NCBI GenBank assembly: GCA_963674745.2
Contig: CAXXDV010000003.1
Location: 576,001-640,000, forward strand
DNA: 64,000 nt
Origin: Desulfosudaceae bacterium
Lineage (GTDB): Bacteria > Desulfobacterota > Desulfobacteria > Desulfobacterales > Desulfosudaceae
Direction: 5' to 3'
The notes beneath the pieces were generated by a model. It saw only the letters and a list, made by a program, of their open reading frames with translations. It had not been told where the DNA came from and searched no databases. Numbering within the stretch: position 1 is the stretch's first letter; every line of letters starts with the position of its first letter. Shown one piece after another: positions 58,022 to 64,000 of the stretch. The position numbers were made by a program, and so were the translations under genes.

Positions 58022-61000
58022 ATGGGTAATCAGCATCAGGCGAAGGGCGGGTGGGCCTTCTGGATCGATCGGGGCGGTACATTTACCGATATCGTCGCCA
58101 GAGGGCCTGGTGGCGGTCTGAAGATTCATAAGCTTTTGTCCGAAAACCCTGAACAATATCCGGATGCCCCGGTCCAGGGCATGTGCGACATCCTGGATGT
58201 TCCCTCCGGGACGGTTATCCCCCCCGAAAAGATCAACACCATTCGCATGGGCACTACCGTAGCCACCAACGCCCTGCTGGAGCGGAAAGGCGAACCCACG
58301 GTGCTGGTCATCACCAGGGGATTTAAAGATGCCTTGCGGATCGGTTATCAGAACCGGCCCGATATCTTTGCCCGACGCATCGACCTGCCGGAAATGCTTT
58401 ATGTGCGGGTGATCGAAGCCGGCGAACGCTGCCGGGCCGACGGGCTTGTTGAAAGAGAACTCAACGAGGAAGACCTGGCCGGTGACCTGCAATCGGCATA
58501 TGATACCGGTATCCGCTCCTGCGCCATTGTTTTTTTGCACGGGTACCGTTACCCCGATCATGAAACACGGGCCGCGGCTATAGCCGGAAAAACCGGTTTT
58601 ACCCGGATTTCGGTTTCTCACCGGGTCAGCCCGTTGATGAAACTGGTCAGTCGTGGCGATACCACCGTGGTCGATGCTTACCTGACACCGGTTTTGCAAC
58701 GGTATATCCAGGGCCTGTCGGGTCGGTTGCGGCTGACGGACGAGACCGCGGGAAAAGGCCGGAAACATCATCCCCGCCTGCTGTTCATGCAGTCCAACGG
58801 CGGTCTTGTTGATGCCGGTCAATTTCAGGGGAAAGACAGCCTGTTGTCCGGCCCGGCCGGCGGTATTGTCGGTGCCGTCCAGGTCTGCCGGATGGCGGGC
58901 TTTGATCGGATTATCACCTTTGACATGGGCGGCACATCCACTGATGTGGCCCATTATAACGGTGAATACGAGCGGGAACTGGAAACGGAAATGGCCGGTG
59001 TCCGTCTGCGGACGCCCATGATGGCCATTCATACCGTGGCGGCCGGGGGCGGTTCAATTGTCCGTTTTGACGGGGATCGATACCGGGTCGGTCCCGAATC
59101 GGCCGGTGCCGATCCGGGACCGGCCTGCTATCGTCACAACGGACCGCTGACCATAACGGACTGCAACCTGCTGGTCGGCAGGATCCTGCCGGACTATTTC
59201 CCCCGGGTATTCGGGCCCGACGGTAAGCAGCACCTGGATACAGAGGCGACCCGTCGAAAATCTGAGGCGTTGACCCGACAGATCAACCGGGCTACCGGGA
59301 AAGCATTGCTTCCGGAACAGGTCGCCACCGGTTTTCTGACCATAGCCGTGGAAAATATGGCCAATGCCATCAAAAAGGTTTCTTTACGGCGCGGCTATGA
59401 TGTTTCCAGCTACACCCTGTGCTGTTTTGGCGGTGCCGGAGGGCAGCATGCCTGTCGCATGGCCGATACGCTGGGCATGCGTCGGATTTTCATTCACTCC
59501 CTGGCCGGCGTGCTTTCGGCCTATGGCATGGGACTGGCCGACATCCGTGACATGCGGCATCGCAGTTTAAACAGGCTTTTGACGGCAGCGCTGTTAGCTG
59601 AAATCAGGCAGATCGTTTCCGAGCTGATAGCCGAGGGAAAAGAAGCGGTCAGTGAACCGGATGATGCCGCCCGCCCACTGATCCACATATCCCGTTTGCT
59701 GATCAAGTACCGGGATACGGATACCGCGCTGCCCGTGGAATTGAGCGGCCATCCGACAACCATTCGGTCTGCCTTTGAACGGGTCCATTGGCAACGTTTC
59801 GGCTTTATCCAACAGGACAAGCCCCTGATGGTTGAAGCCGTATCCGTAGAAACCGTTCGGACAGAGACACCGCCGCCGGAACCCGAATTCAAACGGCAAT
59901 CATCAGGCCCACCGGTTCCGATGACCACATCCGAAATATTTGATAACGGCGGATGGGTGAAGGCACCGGTTTTTCAACGCGTCGACCTGCAACCCGGCGA
60001 CATCATTCGTGGACCGGCCATTATCGTGGAAGCTACCGGTACCAACCTGATCGACGACGGCTGGCAGGTCGAAGTAACCGTTCACGGCCACCTGGTTTTA
60101 TCTAAAACGGCGTTACCAAAGACGACAAACCCGGGCAATCCGTTATCAACCACGGTTAATAGGGATCGACCGGATCCGGTCATGCTGGAAATTTTCAACA
60201 ACCTGTTTATGGCGGTGGCGGAACAAATGGGCATCACCCTGCAGAACACCGCTTCGTCGGTGAATATCAAGGAACGTCTTGATTTCTCCTGTGCCGTGTT
60301 TGATCATCAGGGCGGGCTGGTGGCCAATGCACCCCACATTCCGGTTCATCTGGGCTCCATGGGCGAAAGCGTACAGGCCTTGATTGAAGCCCGCCAGGGC
60401 CGGTTTCAACCCGGAGATGTGTTCGCTTCCAACAACCCTTTTTGCGGCGGCACACATTTGCCTGATATCACCGTGATCACGCCGGTTTTCGATAATAATA
60501 AAATCATCTTTTTTGTCGCCTCCCGGGGCCACCATGCCGACATCGGCGGCTTGACCCCCGGCTCCATGCCCCCTCACAGTACGTGCCTGGCTGAAGAAGG
60601 CGTCCTGCTGGACAATTTTCACCTGGTCAAAAATCATGCCTTCCGGGAGCCGGAGTTGCGTGGCATGCTGGTGTCCGGACCGCATCCCGCCCGCAACCCG
60701 GAGCAGAATATCGCCGATGTGCGGGCCCAGATCGCGGCCAACGAGCGGGGCATTCAGGAATTAAAGCGGTTGACGGATCAATTCGGACGGGACACGGTGA
60801 GTGCCTACATGATATTTGTGCAGGCCAACGCGGAAGCATCCGTCCGCCGGGTGATTTCCGGTTTGTCGGAAGGCTGCTTCGATTGTGCTATGGATGCCGG
60901 GTGCCGGATTAACGTGGCCGTGTCCATTGATAAAAAGAGGCGCAGCGCCCGCATCGATTTTTCCGGGACGTCGGCCCGGCAGCCCAACAACCTCAACGCC

Positions 61001-61711
61001 CCGGCCGCCATCGCCCGGGCGGCGGTGCTTTACGTGTTCCGCACCCTGGTCGGGGACGACATTCCCCTGAACGCGGGGTGCCTGAAGCCCCTGGAAATTA
61101 TTCTGCCGCCGGGCTGCATGCTGAATCCGGATTATCCGGCGGCCGTGGCCGGGGGAAACGTGGAAACCTCCCAGGCGATTGTCGACGCACTTTACGGGGC
61201 ACTGGGCGTAATGGCGGCTTCCCAGGGAACCATGAACAACTTTACCTTCGGCAATGACCGTTATCAATACTATGAAACCATTTGCGGCGGTTCGGGGGCG
61301 GGGCCTGGTTTCGCCGGCACTGACGCGGTCCAGACCCATATGACCAACTCCCGGCTGACCGACCCCGAGGTTCTGGAGTGGCGTTTCCCGGTGCTGCTGG
61401 AGGATTTTTCGATTCGTCCGGCCAGCGGCGGAAACGGCCGATACCGGGGTGGTAACGGCGTGATCCGTCGTTTGCGTTTTCTGGAACCCATGACGGCGGC
61501 GGTTTTATCGAACCGGCGACAGGTTGTGCCTTTCGGCCTTGACGGCGGAGAAGACGGTACGGGCGGAGAAAACCTGGTTGAACGGCAAAACGGGTCTGTT
61601 GAGGTGATCGGCAGTACCGACACGGTGGAGATGGCGAAAGGCGATACCTTTATTATTAAAACGCCCGGCGGCGGGGGGTATGGCGCCCCGGAAAACCCAT
61701 CGGAGAAATGA
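58022..61711 (+). CDS. Fused hydantoinase A/B-type 5-oxoprolinase (ATP-hydrolysing)
   Basis: [65 protein letters not shown]. Confidence 0.93.
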   Translation: MGNQHQAKGGWAFWIDRGGTFTDIVARGPGGGLKIHKLLSENPEQYPDAPVQGMCDILDVPSGTVIPPEKINTIRMGTTVATNALLERKGEPTVLVITRGFKDALRIGYQNRPDIFARRIDLPEMLYVRVIEAGERCRADGLVERELNEEDLAGDLQSAYDTGIRSCAIVFLHGYRYPDHETRAAAIAGKTGFTRISVSHRVSPLMKLVSRGDTTVVDAYLTPVLQRYIQGLSGRLRLTDETAGKGRKHHPRLLFMQSNGGLVDAGQFQGKDSLLSGPAGGIVGAVQVCRMAGFDRIITFDMGGTSTDVAHYNGEYERELETEMAGVRLRTPMMAIHTVAAGGGSIVRFDGDRYRVGPESAGADPGPACYRHNGPLTITDCNLLVGRILPDYFPRVFGPDGKQHLDTEATRRKSEALTRQINRATGKALLPEQVATGFLTIAVENMANAIKKVSLRRGYDVSSYTLCCFGGAGGQHACRMADTLGMRRIFIHSLAGVLSAYGMGLADIRDMRHRSLNRLLTAALLAEIRQIVSELIAEGKEAVSEPDDAARPLIHISRLLIKYRDTDTALPVELSGHPTTIRSAFERVHWQRFGFIQQDKPLMVEAVSVETVRTETPPPEPEFKRQSSGPPVPMTTSEIFDNGGWVKAPVFQRVDLQPGDIIRGPAIIVEATGTNLIDDGWQVEVTVHGHLVLSKTALPKTTNPGNPLSTTVNRDRPDPVMLEIFNNLFMAVAEQMGITLQNTASSVNIKERLDFSCAVFDHQGGLVANAPHIPVHLGSMGESVQALIEARQGRFQPGDVFASNNPFCGGTHLPDITVITPVFDNNKIIFFVASRGHHADIGGLTPGSMPPHSTCLAEEGVLLDNFHLVKNHAFREPELRGMLVSGPHPARNPEQNIADVRAQIAANERGIQELKRLTDQFGRDTVSAYMIFVQANAEASVRRVISGLSEGCFDCAMDAGCRINVAVSIDKKRRSARIDFSGTSARQPNNLNAPAAIARAAVLYVFRTLVGDDIPLNAGCLKPLEIILPPGCMLNPDYPAAVAGGNVETSQAIVDALYGALGVMAASQGTMNNFTFGNDRYQYYETICGGSGAGPGFAGTDAVQTHMTNSRLTDPEVLEWRFPVLLEDFSIRPASGGNGRYRGGNGVIRRLRFLEPMTAAVLSNRRQVVPFGLDGGEDGTGGENLVERQNGSVEVIGSTDTVEMAKGDTFIIKTPGGGGYGAPENPSEK

Positions 61712-61728
61712 TCGGGCTAAAAAGCCTT

Positions 61729-62211
61729 TCACCGGGTCGCTTCAATTTCCGCCCGGCTGTAAAGACGCTGAATGGTGACGCTGTAGTAATCGGCCACAAT
61801 CCAGGTCAGCGGGTTACGGTAATTGCAGTCCCAGGTGACCAGATAGTTTTTATCGTCGACCTGAAAGATGTCCCTGCCATCAGGTCCTATTCGCTTGCGA
61901 AAGTAAATGTTTTCTTTAGCTGTAAACCCGCTGCCGAGAATGGTACTGAACTGTCCGATAGTCAAGACATGAGAATAAAGGGCTTCGCCTTCAGGAACAT
62001 CTTCTTCGTTGATTTGCAGATTGATCGTTCGGCCGGTATCCAGCCTTACAGTTTTCACCTGCATCCCTTCACCGAGCTCCATCGTACCCAGCAACGGCCC
62101 GGGAGTGCCGATATCTGAAACATCACCATAGTATCCGCCGGTCGGTATGGCGGCGCATCCGGTCATCAATACCATGGTTAACATCACTGCAGCCAACCAA
62201 TGCAATCGCAT
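61729..62211 (-). CDS. Hypothetical lipoprotein
   Basis: Lipobox MTGC, GGAGG RBS. Confidence 0.75.
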   Translation of the reverse strand: MRLHWLAAVMLTMVLMTGCAAIPTGGYYGDVSDIGTPGPLLGTMELGEGMQVKTVRLDTGRTINLQINEEDVPEGEALYSHVLTIGQFSTILGSGFTAKENIYFRKRIGPDGRDIFQVDDKNYLVTWDCNYRNPLTWIVADYYSVTIQRLYSRAEIEATR

Positions 62212-62431
62212 AAGCCCCTCCTGAAGTATGTTAAGCCCCTTCTGATGTATTGACTTATAATCATAGTCATGCTATTGTATTTAGAATAATTTTTCAACTA
62301 AGTTCTTATTTTTTTTCGTTTTTTTGTCAATCATTGAAAACAGGAATCGGTATCAATAACCAGCGGATAGGCGGTCGGAAACAGGTATACCGTCGAAACC
62401 CACGGGCCCGGCACATGATAAGGGGAAAGTA

Positions 62432-64000
62432 ATGAACAATCAGGATTGCAAGCGATGTTTTCATCTGCTTTTGTGTTTTTTCGTTTTTGTCGTGCTGCTG
62501 ACCGGCGGCGGTGTGGCATTTGCCGCGCAGACCGGTTATTCCCAGAGCAGTGGCACACTGACCGCTTACCAGGCGCCGCAAAAAAAAAATGGAACGGGTA
62601 AAAAGCTGCTGGCCGTCTATGTGGTCGGCAGTGACCTGGAAAGTTATGACGGGGCGGCAACAACCGATTTTAATGAGATGATTACCGGTTATAATGCGCT
62701 GAGCAATTCCGGCCTGATTGATATTATTATTGCCTTTGGCGGTGCGGATCAGAACGGCTGGCGGGGCATGCGCTTTGCCACAATCAACCAGCTTGTCCAG
62801 GACGGTACGGACGGAAGATATGGAGATGAGACCGGAAGCAGCGCCTACCTGTACAAGGCGGAAAACGCCCACATGGGAGATAAAAGTTCACTTCAGCTTT
62901 TCCTTGAATACGTGAAGGAAGGGTATGTCAATTATGATGTCAGTTCTCTTGTTTTCTGGGACCATGGCGCGTCATACGGCGGGTTCGGCAATGATGAGAA
63001 TTTTAATTATGACGAGTTGACCCTTACCGAGATCCAGGCCGGCCTGGAGCAAAGCGGCATCGGCAAGTTTGACATGATCGGCTTTGATGCCTGCCTGATG
63101 GGGTCGGTCGAAGTGGCGCGTTTTGTCTACCGGTATGCCACCTACCTGCTGGCTTCCGAGGAGACGGAACCCGGCCATGGCTGGAACTGGACGTCTTTTG
63201 TAAAAGAGTATGCCGCGCATGACAATATTACCAAGGCGATGACAAACAGTATTGGTAATTTTGTCGGTAATAACCATGAATACCAGGCTGACGGAAAAAC
63301 CCTTTCAGCCGTCAAGCTGGATAAATTTAATGCGGTATCTACGGCACTGGACGCGTTTGCCCGGGATGTTGCCGACAATCTGGCGACCAGCGATGACTAC
63401 AAAGACGCGATGATCCATGCCGTCACCAATGTCCGTGATTTCGGTGTGGAATCCCGGGAAGATGATCCGGTCAGCGTGGACTTGAAAGACCTGGTTAAAA
63501 AATTCCGGGACAAGGTGAAAAGTACCACCGCCCGTCAACTGTGCTACGCCCTTTTAACCGAGGTCAACGATTATATTTATTATTCCAGGCAGGACGGGAC
63601 ACGCCCCAGGTCTTACGGCATTTCGATTGCGCCGGTTCAAGGCGCGGTCGGCGACCAGACTGACACATATATGGTCAACACCGGCTGGGTTAAACTGCAG
63701 CAGGCCTATGCCAAGCTTAAAACGGATGATACCACGGAACCCACCGTTGAGGATTATAACTCAAACGCCAATTCCAATGATTATGACTGGGATGATGACT
63801 GGTATGACGACTGGCAGGATGACTGGCATAACGACTGGAGCAATAACGATGAATGGGATAACGATGACTGGGACGATGATGATGGCTGGGACGACTACTG
63901 GGGTTGGTATGATGACGACTGGTATTTTTCAGTCATTGACGCCGATGTCCCGCCGTTTTTGAGAGGGGAACGGGCCGCTTTTGTACCTGACGGGAGTTAT
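62432..64000 (+). CDS. Clostripain-family (C11) cysteine peptidase, partial (not in the ORF track, runs off the window)
   Basis: Manual translation: signal peptide, AVYVVGSDLES, FWDHGA (His), IGFDACLMG (Cys), LASEETEPGHGW. Confidence 0.88.
   Translation, partial: MNNQDCKRCFHLLLCFFVFVVLLTGGGVAFAAQTGYSQSSGTLTAYQAPQKKNGTGKKLLAVYVVGSDLESYDGAATTDFNEMITGYNALSNSGLIDIIIAFGGADQNGWRGMRFATINQLVQDGTDGRYGDETGSSAYLYKAENAHMGDKSSLQLFLEYVKEGYVNYDVSSLVFWDHGASYGGFGNDENFNYDELTLTEIQAGLEQSGIGKFDMIGFDACLMGSVEVARFVYRYATYLLASEETEPGHGWNWTSFVKEYAAHDNITKAMTNSIGNFVGNNHEYQADGKTLSAVKLDKFNAVSTALDAFARDVADNLATSDDYKDAMIHAVTNVRDFGVESREDDPVSVDLKDLVKKFRDKVKSTTARQLCYALLTEVNDYIYYSRQDGTRPRSYGISIAPVQGAVGDQTDTYMVNTGWVKLQQAYAKLKTDDTTEPTVEDYNSNANSNDYDWDDDWYDDWQDDWHNDWSNNDEWDNDDWDDDDGWDDYWGWYDDDWYFSVIDADVPPFLRGERAAFVPDGSY

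Noticed and set aside
63627..63962. Met/Thr/Gly-rich ORF in the track
   Set aside because: It is an alternate-frame reading of the Asp/Trp tract of the clostripain-like gene.

Overview
This 64 kb window is bacterial chromosomal DNA; gene content and repeat families suggest a Desulfobacterota/deltaproteobacterial anaerobe (inference). In order, it holds: the end of an exopolysaccharide locus (outer-membrane barrel, wza, wzc, O-antigen-ligase/TPR fusion, PHP phosphatase) interrupted by an MntA/HepT toxin-antitoxin pair; a RelE-type TA pair between 109-bp direct repeats; a histone H1-like gene; a molybdopterin oxidoreductase; an M24 peptidase with xerD; pfaD and a pfaA-like PKS with no pfaB/C in view; a frameshifted REP-associated tyrosine transposase (RAYT); a frameshifted M48/TPR protease; a TetR-controlled glycyl radical enzyme with an extra SCP2-like N-terminal domain; an MFS transporter; an NHL/transglutaminase-like/TPR protein divergent from a CHASE2 adenylate cyclase; a duplicated small binding protein + beta-barrel cassette upstream of a chemoreceptor; tex; a membrane-anchored Hsp20; a second MCP; trkH coupled to a sensor-only protein; MarR; an aldo/keto reductase; a fused 5-oxoprolinase; and a partial clostripain-family protease. 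Intergenic DNA carries about 50 GTAG-type REP hairpins in several sequence variants, many embedded in strand-polarised 7-8 nt tandem repeats. No rRNA, tRNA or CRISPR array was seen. The best candidates for uncharacterised systems are the duplicated barrel/binding-protein/MCP operon, the SCP2-fused glycyl radical enzyme, the cyclase/transglutaminase-like locus, and the REP-microsatellite elements with their bracketed cargo. All calls come from reading motifs by eye; no database searches were run.
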